From a candidate division FCPU426 bacterium (GTDB taxonomy: Bacteria > Oederibacteriota > PGYV01 > Palsa-1178), in assembly GCA_963840035.1 (NCBI GenBank), contig CAWIXE010000003.1, positions 32,001-96,000 on the forward strand: a stretch of DNA of 64,000 nt. Reading direction: 5' to 3'. The translations under genes were made by a program, and so were the position numbers. Shown here one piece after another: positions 17,707 through 27,361 of the stretch (position 1 is its first letter; each line of letters opens with the position of its first letter). Under the pieces are notes generated by a model. That model did not search any database, was not told where the DNA came from, and worked only from the letters and a program-made list of their open reading frames with translations.

Positions 17707-19235
17707 TGGACTTAAAAGCTGATTTTGACATAAAGACATCAGGCGTATGCGAGCTTACAAAGGCCGGCCCGTGCGGTATGGTCATATTCGGCGCCTCCGG
17801 CGACCTTACAAAACGTAAACTCCTTCCATCCATATTTAAACTCCATAAAGCTGGCGCGATTCCCAATAATTTCTTTTTAATGGGCGTGGGCCGCACAAAG
17901 ATGGATGACGCGGCTTTCAGGGCCATGATAAAGGACAGCCTGAAGGATGTTCCCGGAGTAAACGGCGACGCGCTGAATGGATTTTGTTCGAAGTGTTATT
18001 TTATGTCAGGCGAATATAATGACGACGCGCTCTATACTGCCCTGGCAAAAAAAATGGAAAGCCTTGCCGCAACGCACGGTACCATGGGCAATACGGTTTA
18101 TAACATGGCACTGCCGCCGGACGTTTATACTGTCGTCTCTGAAAAACTGGGTAAGAACGGCCTTATAAAAAGAGGGCAGGAATCAGAGCCATTCCATCGG
18201 CTTATGGTTGAAAAGCCGTTTGGCAGGGATTTATCAAGCGCGAGGGAGTTAAATGCGCTCTTATTAAAACACATGACAGACCCGCAGATATACAGGGTGG
18301 ACCATTACCTGGGAAAAAACACAGTGCAGAACATACTTGTCTTCAGGCACGCCAATTTCATTTTTGAGCCGTTGTGGAACGCGGAGTGCATAGACCACGT
18401 GCAGATAACCGTGGCCGAAGATTCAGGGGTCGGCAGCAGGGCCGGTTACTTTGAGAACGCCGGCATGATCAGGGATATGCTGCAGAACCACATACTCCAG
18501 CTGGTAAGCTTAATAGCCATGGAAAAACCAAAGTCCTTAAGCATTGAGGACGTCACGCGCGAGAAAAACCAGGTCTTAAAAGCCATAAGAAAACCTGACA
18601 TGAAAAAACTGGGCGAGACCATGATACGAGGCCAGTACACAGCCGGACTGAACATGCCGGGTTACAGGCAGGAAAAAGGGGTAAGCGAAAAATCCTGCAC
18701 AGAGACATATTTTGCAGCGAAGTTCTTTGTGGATAATAAAAGGTGGAAGAACGTGCCGTTTTACTTAAGATCGGGAAAAAGGCTCAACGCGAAGGAATCA
18801 AAGATAACCATAGTCTTTAAATCAGTCCAGAACTGCCTCTTCTGCAAAAAAGGCGACGAACACCTGCCCAACACCCTGACCTTTTCAATGTTCCCCGAGC
18901 AGGGAGTCTCCATAAAATTCATAGCCAAAGTCCCCGGGGCAAAGATGTGCCTGGCCCCGCTTGACATGAATTTTTCCTACGACAAAGTATTCGGTTCAGT
19001 GGACGTAGACGACTACGGAACCATAATCTTAGACTGCATGACCGGAGACCAGACATCCTTTTGGCGCAAAGACAGCATTGAAGAAGCGTGGGCGATTTTA
19101 ACCCCGGCGCTGCAGAGCTGGGAGAAATGCTCGCTGAAGGAAAAAAGCAAGATGATGTTTTTTTATGAGACAGGAACTGAAGGGCCGAAAGAGGCAAGGG
19201 AATTTATAGGAAAAGACGGAAGAACCTGGATTTAA
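17706..19235 (+). CDS. zwf: Glucose-6-phosphate 1-dehydrogenase
   Basis: FGASGDL, EKPFG, YRVDHYLGK, RDMLQNH, PFYLRSGK. Confidence 0.96.
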   Translation: MDLKADFDIKTSGVCELTKAGPCGMVIFGASGDLTKRKLLPSIFKLHKAGAIPNNFFLMGVGRTKMDDAAFRAMIKDSLKDVPGVNGDALNGFCSKCYFMSGEYNDDALYTALAKKMESLAATHGTMGNTVYNMALPPDVYTVVSEKLGKNGLIKRGQESEPFHRLMVEKPFGRDLSSARELNALLLKHMTDPQIYRVDHYLGKNTVQNILVFRHANFIFEPLWNAECIDHVQITVAEDSGVGSRAGYFENAGMIRDMLQNHILQLVSLIAMEKPKSLSIEDVTREKNQVLKAIRKPDMKKLGETMIRGQYTAGLNMPGYRQEKGVSEKSCTETYFAAKFFVDNKRWKNVPFYLRSGKRLNAKESKITIVFKSVQNCLFCKKGDEHLPNTLTFSMFPEQGVSIKFIAKVPGAKMCLAPLDMNFSYDKVFGSVDVDDYGTIILDCMTGDQTSFWRKDSIEEAWAILTPALQSWEKCSLKEKSKMMFFYETGTEGPKEAREFIGKDGRTWI

Positions 19236-19285
19236 GTGGGTGGTGAGTGGTGGGTAGTGCGTGGCAAACAGAAAAATGCGCCCCT

Positions 19286-19374
19286 GTAGGGGCGGACCTG
19301 TGTGTCCGCCCGATAAGGTAGGATTTGTATTGATGTGTTGCATTGATCTTGTAGGGGCGATTCACGAATCGCCC
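19286..19374 (+). repeat. Two GTAG-type REP-like hairpins
   Basis: gtag-gggcggac-ctgtgt-gtccgccc and gtag-gggcgattc-ac-gaatcgccc. Confidence 0.65.
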
Positions 19375-19448
19375 ACAAGCATTAAACGACACCAGTACGG
19401 GAGGTCTTTAATGGATGCCCGTAATGTAATATTCAATAGGAGATCTAA

Positions 19449-19880
19449 ATGAAAAAAATTTTTGTTTTTTTGACAAATGCAATAATATGCCCTATTTTAT
19501 TCATTTCTTGCAGCACGACAAATGAAGTAAAAACAGCCGTTGATAATAAGCCCGCAACAACTATAAGCGTCGACGCAATTATAGATGCAAAAAACATACG
19601 AAGTAATGACGTGGAAGAAAAAATGTATATTTATTACAATACGGATTTTGCTTCGGACGAGTCTAAAGATGACTTTGAAACCATTCAGGACGATCTGCTT
19701 TATTACCTATCATCAGCTGAACGAAAATTAAAAGAAATGAAAGTTGAACTTAGAGAAAAACGCCTGGATAAAAATATTTCAATGTTATTTGTAAAAGGTG
19801 ACAAAACAAAGGAAGCACATAGCGTGTTAGAATCGCAGGAAATCTTTAGATTATTGTCCGATGTTTTTGGGGTGAAATAG
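19449..19880 (+). CDS. Hypothetical lipoprotein (AT-rich) between zwf and pgl
   Basis: Lipobox FISC, AGGAG RBS; visibly more AT-rich than the flanking genes. Confidence 0.6.
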   Translation: MKKIFVFLTNAIICPILFISCSTTNEVKTAVDNKPATTISVDAIIDAKNIRSNDVEEKMYIYYNTDFASDESKDDFETIQDDLLYYLSSAERKLKEMKVELREKRLDKNISMLFVKGDKTKEAHSVLESQEIFRLLSDVFGVK

Positions 19881-19993
19881 TTGTTTGACCTAATGAAAGC
19901 ATATAAGAGCGGTTGGTAATATTTGACCGCGCGGAAGTAATCTACGTATCGCAACCTGAAGGCTGCGGTTACCAAAACTAAAAAGGACAAAAC

Positions 19994-20725
19994 ATGAAAA
20001 AAACTATAAAATACTTCAAGAACCTCGACCTTCTCAGCCACGCCGCCGCCGCCTTCATCGTTAAAAACGCCAAAACCGAAGTAAAGCGCAAAGGCTACTT
20101 CACCATTGCTGTCTCAGGTGGAGACGCGCCGGTAAAGACATACAGGCTGCTGGCAAAGAGCGATTTGCCATGGAAAAAGACTTACATGTTCTGGGAGGAT
20201 GACAGGTTTGTTCCTTTTGATAATAAGGACTCCAATGTAAAGCTTGTATTTGACAACCTCATATCAAAGGCAAAGATTGAGTATGAGAAAGTTTTTCCCG
20301 TGCCCGCGCCGGAGAATATAAAGCCTGTTTATAAGGCAGCGCTGGCTTATGAGCTTATTATTAAAAAGATGTTCAGGCTCTTTACCCCTTCGGTCAAGGT
20401 GCCGTCAATTGACCTTATCATCGCGGGGGTTGGGCCGGACGGGCACACTGCTTCGCTTTTTCCCGGGGATAAGAAGGCATTAAGCGAAAAAAAGGCGCTG
20501 GCAATCGCTGTGAAGGCGCCTAAAGGCATGGCTGTGAAGGACAGGGTAACAATGACGCTGCCGTTTATAAACAACTGCAAAAACCTTTTATACATAGTTT
20601 CAGGCAAAGGCAAGGCAGGGGTGATGAAGGAGATTCTGAAAGGCAACAGGAAATACCCGGCGGCATTAACAAAGGCAAAACAAAATCTGGTTTGGTTTAT
20701 AGATAAAAACATTTATTTGCTTTGA
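19994..20725 (+). CDS. pgl: 6-phosphogluconolactonase
   Basis: IAVSGG, WEDDRFVP...SN, GVGPDGHTASLFP, RVTMT; clustered with zwf/gnd. Confidence 0.92.
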   Translation: MKKTIKYFKNLDLLSHAAAAFIVKNAKTEVKRKGYFTIAVSGGDAPVKTYRLLAKSDLPWKKTYMFWEDDRFVPFDNKDSNVKLVFDNLISKAKIEYEKVFPVPAPENIKPVYKAALAYELIIKKMFRLFTPSVKVPSIDLIIAGVGPDGHTASLFPGDKKALSEKKALAIAVKAPKGMAVKDRVTMTLPFINNCKNLLYIVSGKGKAGVMKEILKGNRKYPAALTKAKQNLVWFIDKNIYLL

Positions 20726-20733
20726 AGCATCCT

Positions 20734-20822
20734 CCCCCTCTCCTTATTAGGAGAGGGGCTGGGGTGAGGTGAACCAATGCTTTTATTTCCCCTCACCCTA
20801 CCCTCTCCCAAGGGGAGAGGGA
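20734..20822. repeat. CCCTCTCC...GGAGAGGG palindromic doublet
   Basis: cccctctccttattaggagagggg-ctggggtgagg ... cctcaccctaccctctcccaaggggagaggg; related single unit at 25330-25363. Confidence 0.7.
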
Positions 20823-20927
20823 TAAAAATACGATAATATACAACGCTTTTAACGTAAAAAGTATAAATATAATACCTACCGTCTATCCTGTTAAAACCAA
20901 AGGTGTTATGCTATATTTTACATTACT

Positions 20928-20996
20928 GTAGAGAGGCGGCTTGCTGCCTCTCAAAAGCAGGACCTGCGTTTTAGAGGGGGCAAGCCCCCTCTCTAC
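20928..20996. repeat. GTAG-type REP-like inverted doublet
   Basis: gtagagaggcggcttgctgcctctc ... agagggggcaagccccctctctac. Confidence 0.6.
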
Positions 20997-21030
20997 GAAA
21001 AACAATTTTGAAACACAAAGGAGAAACAAC

Positions 21031-22200
21031 ATGAAAAATTTTGCAATCAACAACCCTGTAAAAATTCTTTTCGGCGCGGGGGAAGTAAACAGCACCGGCA
21101 AAGAGGCAAAGTTGCTTGGCAAAAAAGCCATTATCGTTACCGGCAAAGGTTCCACAAAAAAGTCAGGACTTCTTGACAAAGTCGTAAAACTGCTTGAAGC
21201 CGAAGGCGTCAAGTCGGCGGTTTACGCGGGCATCACCCCAAACCCTAAAAACACCGAAGTTGACGAGGCCGCGGGGCTGGCTCTAAAAGAAGGTTGTGAT
21301 TTGGTTATTGGCCTTGGCGGCGGGTCTGCCATGGACGCGGCAAAGGGAGTATCTGTTGTGGCGGCCAGCGGCGGAAAGCTCTGGGATTACATCGGTTCGC
21401 CGACAAAAAAAGCTGGAACCATAACCTGCGCGCTTCCTATAATGCTCATACCCACACTTGCGGCAACCGGCTCTGAGGGCAATCCCGCATCTGTTTTTAC
21501 AAACCCGTCCTTAAACCAGAAATCAGCCATTTGGAACCCGATATGCTACCCGAAAGTTTCCATCGTTGACCCTGAGCTCACGTTATCTGTGCCCGCAAAG
21601 CCGACAGCCGAAGGCATCATAGACGTTGTCATGCATGTGCTGGAGGAATATTTTACCGGCGAGCCGGACTGCGATGTGCAGGATAGGTTTACGGAAGGCA
21701 TTATCCTTACATGTATTGAACACGGAAAAAAAGTAATGAAGAACTTAGGCGACGCGCAGGCGCGCGCGCAGATATCGCTGGCTTCAACGGTCGCGCTTCA
21801 AGGCATGCCGAACTCAGGCCGCGCAGGCGCGTGGGTTGTCCATCCGCTCGAACACGCGGTCACCGCGTATTACGACAGGATAGCTCACGGAGCCGGCATA
21901 GCTGCCATACTGCCATCCTACATGAAATTCTTAGGCGAGGTTAAAAAGGACAAAGTGCTTCAGCTGGCTGACAGGGTGTTTAACGCGCCTAATGACATAA
22001 GCGACGAATTAAAAGTGGCTTTCTGCATAGAAAATATGAGGAAGTTTATCACTGACATAGGCCTGGCTGATAATTTCAAGGACCTGGAAATTGGCATGGA
22101 AAATATGGAAAAATTCGCGGATAAGGTCATAGAACAGGGCGGATTGCCGTGGAAGCTGGATAAAGCCAGGCTGGTGCAGGTGTTTAAAGACGCTTTTTAA
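21031..22200 (+). CDS. Iron-containing alcohol dehydrogenase (BdhA/YqhD-like)
   Basis: GLGGGSAMDAAK, IPTLAATGSE, IVDPELT, HPLEH, HGAG; AAGGAG RBS before ATG 21031. Confidence 0.92.
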   Translation: MKNFAINNPVKILFGAGEVNSTGKEAKLLGKKAIIVTGKGSTKKSGLLDKVVKLLEAEGVKSAVYAGITPNPKNTEVDEAAGLALKEGCDLVIGLGGGSAMDAAKGVSVVAASGGKLWDYIGSPTKKAGTITCALPIMLIPTLAATGSEGNPASVFTNPSLNQKSAIWNPICYPKVSIVDPELTLSVPAKPTAEGIIDVVMHVLEEYFTGEPDCDVQDRFTEGIILTCIEHGKKVMKNLGDAQARAQISLASTVALQGMPNSGRAGAWVVHPLEHAVTAYYDRIAHGAGIAAILPSYMKFLGEVKKDKVLQLADRVFNAPNDISDELKVAFCIENMRKFITDIGLADNFKDLEIGMENMEKFADKVIEQGGLPWKLDKARLVQVFKDAF

Positions 22201-22283
22201 GTAATAAGTTAGAAGGAATAGGTAATAAGTGAGACAAAACATATAAAAGCGATAGTTATGATTAGTGTTTACAGTTTTAGTCC

Positions 22284-22397
22284 GTCATTGCGAGGAGGCG
22301 TTTTAATAACTTTGCCGACGAAGCAATCTCGCAGCCTTTAAAGGCTGAAACGAGATTGCTTCGTCGCCATACACATGATGCGGCTCCTCGCAATGAC
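22284..22397 (+). repeat. GTCATTGCGAG palindromic element, copy 2, enclosed by GTAATAA/TTATTAC 7-mer arms (22201-22462)
   Basis: Same IRs and inner stem as copy 1. Confidence 0.88.
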
Positions 22398-22541
22398 AAA
22401 CTGCATACTTAAAAACTGTCTTCCTTAGCCCCACTTCTGACTTATTACCTCTTACTTATTACTTTACCGGGTTTGACTTGGGTAATTCATGTGGTATACT
22501 TTGAATAGCAGGTTAATCGACTAAAACATACGGAGCTGCCC

Positions 22542-22904
22542 ATGAAATACTGCGAATTCATTAATTATAAGGGAAAGAGAATACTGAGGCTCAATATCAA
22601 CACTAAAACAATCGACCAATTCGAAGAAATGCTTCAGGAATCCTCAAATATAATCAGAAAAGAGCCTCCCGGAACTGTGCTGTCGCTTGCGGCCGGCGGC
22701 GCGGATACGCCTATTTTTACCAACAGGGACCTTTTTATAGATTATCTTAAGGGAAATGAACCATACATGAAAGCCTCTGTGGTATCAGGGCTGGATAAGC
22801 TGAAAGCTTCAATTTTTTTAACCATTGTCACTTCCACGGGCAGGCAGTTGATGCTCACCGCCTCTGAAGACGAGGCGAGGGAATGGCTGGTATCGCAGGT
22901 TTAA
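22542..22904 (+). CDS. Hypothetical protein (possible STAS/SEC14-like fold)
   Basis: GGAG RBS, upstream TTGACT-N16-TATACT; C-terminal EDEAREWL typical of SpoIIAA-like proteins. Confidence 0.6.
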   Translation: MKYCEFINYKGKRILRLNINTKTIDQFEEMLQESSNIIRKEPPGTVLSLAAGGADTPIFTNRDLFIDYLKGNEPYMKASVVSGLDKLKASIFLTIVTSTGRQLMLTASEDEAREWLVSQV

Positions 22905-22937
22905 TTTAAACCCTAAATTACCAATTACTAATTAGTT

Positions 22938-24010
22938 CGGTTCTAACATTTAACGCAACACTTTGATAGGATTATATTATCAAAGGAGGCGTTAATAACC
23001 AATGAACAATCCGAACTACAAAAGGTTAAGTTTCGAAGAACGGGAAGAAATTAGCAGGTATTTAGCAAGTGGTCTAAAAGCTGGCCGAATAGCAATGTTG
23101 ATAGGTAGAAATAGAAGCACCATAACGAGAGAAATAAGAAAGGGTTTTAAAACAAATACATATCGCGCGGTACAGGCGAATAATAGAGCCAAAAGAAACG
23201 CCAAAAGGCGAAGGTTCGGAAAACGTAAGATAGATAAGTGCAAAAGGTTAAAAAGGTTCATTGAAAAGCATCTCTGGTTAAAGTGGTCGCCGGAACAGAT
23301 TGCAGAAAAATTAAAAATAGAGTATCCTACGGACATGGACATGAGAATATCACCCGAGAGTATTTATGCATATTTGTATGTGAAGCCCAAAAGCCACTTG
23401 AAAAGAGAGCTGCTAAAGCAGTTTCGGCAAAAGCATTCCAGGCGGTTTAAAAGGAATGCCAGAATGACCGGAATTGCAAAGGATTTAGAAGATATAACAA
23501 GCATAGATGAACGGCCTGCGGAAGTTGAAACACGAGAGATTCCCGGACACTGGGAAGGCGACTTAATGATTGGCAGACTTCGGCAGTCAGCCATCGGAAC
23601 GCTTGTTGAAAGAAAAACAAGGTATTTACGGATTGTCCGGTTAAAAAACAGGACTGCAAAAGAAGTCAAGAAACAATTTGAAGCTACGTTTAAGAAACAC
23701 CCTAAACAACTTAGATTGAGCATGACATATGACCAAGGCAGAGAAATGGCGGATCATAAGGCGCTAAGTAAGGCGTTAAATATTAAGATATATTTTGCGC
23801 ACAAGAGAAGCCCGTGGGAACGTGGAACAAATGAAAACACAAATGGGTTAATACGGCAGTTTTTCCCTAAAGGCACAGACTTCAATAAGATAAGTTTAAA
23901 AGAACTCAGGTATGCAGAAAGACTGTTAAATCAAAGACCCAGAAAAACTTTGGGCTGGAAAACACCCGAAGAGGCGTTTTATCAAGATGTTGCGTTAAAT
24001 ACTTGAAACC
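22938..24010 (+). mobile_element. IS30-family insertion sequence
   Basis: Imperfect terminal IRs sharing ATTTAACGCAACA (22948-22960) / TGTTGCGTTAAAT (23988-24000); ends approximate to within a few bp. Confidence 0.9.
23002..24006 (+). CDS. IS30-family transposase
   Basis: GRNRSTITREI HTH, WSPEQIA, GHWEGDL, TYDQGRE, PWERGTNENTNGLIRQFFPK. Confidence 0.96.
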   Translation: MNNPNYKRLSFEEREEISRYLASGLKAGRIAMLIGRNRSTITREIRKGFKTNTYRAVQANNRAKRNAKRRRFGKRKIDKCKRLKRFIEKHLWLKWSPEQIAEKLKIEYPTDMDMRISPESIYAYLYVKPKSHLKRELLKQFRQKHSRRFKRNARMTGIAKDLEDITSIDERPAEVETREIPGHWEGDLMIGRLRQSAIGTLVERKTRYLRIVRLKNRTAKEVKKQFEATFKKHPKQLRLSMTYDQGREMADHKALSKALNIKIYFAHKRSPWERGTNENTNGLIRQFFPKGTDFNKISLKELRYAERLLNQRPRKTLGWKTPEEAFYQDVALNT

Positions 24011-24078
24011 AAGTTACGAATTACTAATATAACCAAAAAAACGTCATTATTAGTCATTAGTGATTGGTAATTTGTATT

Positions 24079-25185
24079 TTAAATGTATTCCTGTTTAAAA
24101 CTCTGTATTGATTTTTCTTTGTTCCACCATATTCTAAAGTTTGTCGTAATCTTTTGTGTTTTACCGGTTTTTGACGACAGGTACGCCTTGTCCATCACTT
24201 CCATTATATGCAGGCTCTGCGCGGCGTCGTAGACCGGGCTGATCCCTGATCTTATATAACCTACAAACTTGCCCATGATGTCGTCCTCAGGGGCGAACTT
24301 CGGGAAGTTATCAGGGACATAACAATTGTCAAAGTTCCTGAACGTTACTTTTTTGCCGCTTATTTTGCTGTCTGTTTTTACAACCAGCTGCTGGTTGTCC
24401 GCGTTTATGTATATGGCGCCTTTTCTTCCGAATATCGCCGTGTAGTTCTCATAATGCGTGTGCGCCCATGAAGCCTTTACAGTGGCAAATATGGAATTGC
24501 CGAAGTCCAGTATCATGATGGCCTGGTCATCGACATCAGGGGTTATTTTATCGCCGTTTGGAAGTTTTCTTTTAGGTATTACCATACCGGCCATTGCAGT
24601 AACCTTTTTAACCGGCCCCATTATGGAGATAAGGCGCGAAAGAGCATAACACCCGACATCCAGCAGAGCGCCGCCTTTCGCGATTTTCTTTACATAATAC
24701 CAGTTGTTCCTCGGCGGGCCCTGTACCGAAAGTTCGGAATGGCCCGAGAGTATTTTGCCTATATATTTTTCCTTCACAAAATCAAGGGCGCGCAGGTAAT
24801 GCGGGTAATGGTCAAAGGGAAGCCCCATCATGATTTTTTTATATTTTTTTGAGGCAAAAGCCATCTTTTTCGCGTCCGCGAATGAGGTGGCGACTGGTTT
24901 TTCCACAAGAACGTGCGCGCCGGCTTTCATACAGGCGATAGCGTGCTCCGCGTGGAGCGAATGAGGGCTGGTGATGACGACACAGTCCGGTTTTTCGGTC
25001 TTTAACATCATCTTATAATCGTCATAGTAGCGCTGTATGCCGAACTTCTCTGCCTTTTCCTCGGCGTTCTTCCTGTGCTTTGAAAATATGGCGCACAGAT
25101 GAAGCCCTTCAAGCTTTTTAGCCATTAAAATAAACCTGTCCGATATCTCGCCGGCGCCAAGAAAAGCTACCTTTAGTTCTTTCAT
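24079..25185 (-). CDS. Gfo/Idh/MocA-family oxidoreductase
   Basis: AFLGAGEI, HVLVEKP, GGALLDVGCY; GGAGG RBS before ATG 25185. Confidence 0.9.
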   Translation of the reverse strand: MKELKVAFLGAGEISDRFILMAKKLEGLHLCAIFSKHRKNAEEKAEKFGIQRYYDDYKMMLKTEKPDCVVITSPHSLHAEHAIACMKAGAHVLVEKPVATSFADAKKMAFASKKYKKIMMGLPFDHYPHYLRALDFVKEKYIGKILSGHSELSVQGPPRNNWYYVKKIAKGGALLDVGCYALSRLISIMGPVKKVTAMAGMVIPKRKLPNGDKITPDVDDQAIMILDFGNSIFATVKASWAHTHYENYTAIFGRKGAIYINADNQQLVVKTDSKISGKKVTFRNFDNCYVPDNFPKFAPEDDIMGKFVGYIRSGISPVYDAAQSLHIMEVMDKAYLSSKTGKTQKITTNFRIWWNKEKSIQSFKQEYI

Positions 25186-25329
25186 ATAATCCCTCCATTT
25201 ATTTGAAATTAGATGCAAAAACATTATAGTACAAGTCCTGGAAAGATAAAAGAACAAATAGGAAAATGAAAGTCCGCAATTTTTACGTAAAATTACAACA
25301 CGGGAACATGAAGTTCCTCGTTCTTTTAC

Positions 25330-25363
25330 CCCTCTCCTCTTTAGGAGAGGGTAGGGTGAGGTG
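25330..25363. repeat. CCCTCTCC...GGAGAGGG palindrome
   Basis: ccctctcctctttaggagagggtagggtgagg, same family as 20734-20822. Confidence 0.6.
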
Positions 25364-25451
25364 AAATTGAAGTGCTTCTCAGGTCGGGCAGGTGTGGTAA
25401 ACTATGCAAGGGGCAGAAACGTCATATATTTATCTGAATTAGGGGAGTATC

Positions 25452-26459
25452 ATGAAAAAACTAAAGTTAATCGCATTAATTTGCGCTGTTGTTTTCTTTA
25501 CCGGTTGTGCCAGCATGAAGATGCCCCACGAGGCATCTTTCCTGAAGGCGCCGGAGCCGGACCTTCTGCCGCAAACCGCGGGAGCTCTGCCAAACACGGT
25601 CATTATCCTGCCTTTTGAGGACCGCAGGGTGGGAGAAAAGATTTCATACTATTACCAAAAACCCTTAAGCCTGCTCATGGCCGAAAGGCTGAGGGTTAAT
25701 CTTATTAAAAAAAGTGTATTTAAAAATGTCGTCTGGATAGACCCGAAGATGCTCTGGGAAAAAAAGTTCAAGGTGGATAAAGCTCTGCTCGAAAGGCTGG
25801 GCGCAAAGACCGGCGCTGACGCCATAATATGGGGGGAGATAAATGAATATGACTTCCATCCTTCCGGGCCGTCAAGCGCTAGGATAAGGATAAAGTATAT
25901 GGATAAAAGCGGGTATATTTATACCATAAATCCGGCAGCGGAAAATCAGGTAAGCTGGGAAATGCTTGCCCTGAAAATACCGGTAGAGAATTTCTTGCCG
26001 CGCCCGCTCGGGCTGATGGTTGAGTTTGGCAAAGATGAACTTGAAAAAGAAGCCATTAAAACAGCGATAGGCGGATTCATGGACTACTGCAGCGTAAAAC
26101 AGACGGAGGCAATCATAGGCCGCTTTAAGGCCGGCAACGCCGGGCAGCCCATAATAGCGGCTACAGAGCTGGAATTTCCAGCCAAAAATGCCAGAGTGTT
26201 GCCAAAATACAGTCAAAGTTTTATTATGACGGCATCACACGTCACAGGTATGTGCGCCGGCCTGGCAGCGACGCTTTTGCTGATAAAAAATTCCGGATAT
26301 TTAACTGAGAAATATGCAGTACAGGACTCACTAATAGCCCTGTTAGGCACGGCCACCGGAGGGGTATTCGGGGCGATGGTGGGGAATTTACTGGACCCAG
26401 ATAACACGGAGAAAATGGAAAAGAAGAAAGTTTACGCGTACGCGAATTTTAGTTATTAA
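25452..26459 (+). CDS. Hypothetical lipoprotein with C-terminal glycine-zipper-like helices
   Basis: Lipobox FTGC; VIILPFEDRR and GADAIIWGEI resemble CsgG/TolB-N-like lipoproteins; GTATGGVFGAMVG. Confidence 0.6.
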   Translation: MKKLKLIALICAVVFFTGCASMKMPHEASFLKAPEPDLLPQTAGALPNTVIILPFEDRRVGEKISYYYQKPLSLLMAERLRVNLIKKSVFKNVVWIDPKMLWEKKFKVDKALLERLGAKTGADAIIWGEINEYDFHPSGPSSARIRIKYMDKSGYIYTINPAAENQVSWEMLALKIPVENFLPRPLGLMVEFGKDELEKEAIKTAIGGFMDYCSVKQTEAIIGRFKAGNAGQPIIAATELEFPAKNARVLPKYSQSFIMTASHVTGMCAGLAATLLLIKNSGYLTEKYAVQDSLIALLGTATGGVFGAMVGNLLDPDNTEKMEKKKVYAYANFSY

Positions 26460-26515
26460 AGTTTGAAAAAGTAAGGTATGACAGGTGTGTTTTAAGACCA
26501 CGCAAAAACATGGAA

Positions 26516-27361
26516 TCAATTGACCAAATCAACTTTTTTTGCGTTCCAACAGCCGTTATATTTCCACCCGTGTTTTGTGTTAATCCACGCCTCATAAAAA
26601 TTTTGAGTATTACCAGCAGAATCTTCAATCATGACTTTTGTCATAGCAATTTTTTTATCAATTTGAATCACTCTAGCATCATAATACATAATAATATTTT
26701 TACTTTTTTTATATGCTTTTTCTAAGTCGCACAAACATTTTGCGTTACATAATTGATTTCCCAATACTTCGGTAAAAAAACTTATCACTTCCGAATGCTT
26801 GCCGGCAGTAAATTTTTCCCACAGCAAAAAGCTGTTTGCTTTAACAATTTCTTCATCACTGAAAGTAATTTCGCCGCTGGCGACTTTTGTGTAGCTGTCT
26901 TTCGCCATTTTTTCGTCAAGCCCGACCCCGGCGACCTTCCATTCATTATTCTCAATTGTCAACACCTCGTACAACTTACTGCCCGTATTGTTATTGTATT
27001 CTTTTTCGACAATTACAATAACCCCGGGTCCAAATTTTTTCATCAAGCGTGCTTTGAATGTTTTTATTCTTTGCAATGCATCCCTATACATAATCTTGTT
27101 CTCCATTACATACTCCGCTTTCCTGTTGTTTTTATTTATGTTTTTGGTAAAACCGTCATATACTTTTTCAAAATCCCCATCTTTTTCAAATTGGCATAAT
27201 TTATTTACGGTATTTATGACTTCCTTATTGGCGTTACTGGTATTTTCATTGCACCCAAATAAAAAAAACCATGCAATAATGGACAGACCAAACGTTGTAA
27301 ATCGTTTTAAAAAAATATTGCTGTTTAAAAATATGGAATTTGCCGTGTTGTTAGAACTCAT
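26516..27361 (-). CDS. Hypothetical AT-rich lipoprotein (possible tandem NTF2-like domains)
   Basis: LFGC lipobox-like segment; two halves ending ENNEWKV and TKHGWKY; start uncertain. Confidence 0.55.
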   Translation of the reverse strand: MSSNNTANSIFLNSNIFLKRFTTFGLSIIAWFFLFGCNENTSNANKEVINTVNKLCQFEKDGDFEKVYDGFTKNINKNNRKAEYVMENKIMYRDALQRIKTFKARLMKKFGPGVIVIVEKEYNNNTGSKLYEVLTIENNEWKVAGVGLDEKMAKDSYTKVASGEITFSDEEIVKANSFLLWEKFTAGKHSEVISFFTEVLGNQLCNAKCLCDLEKAYKKSKNIIMYYDARVIQIDKKIAMTKVMIEDSAGNTQNFYEAWINTKHGWKYNGCWNAKKVDLVN

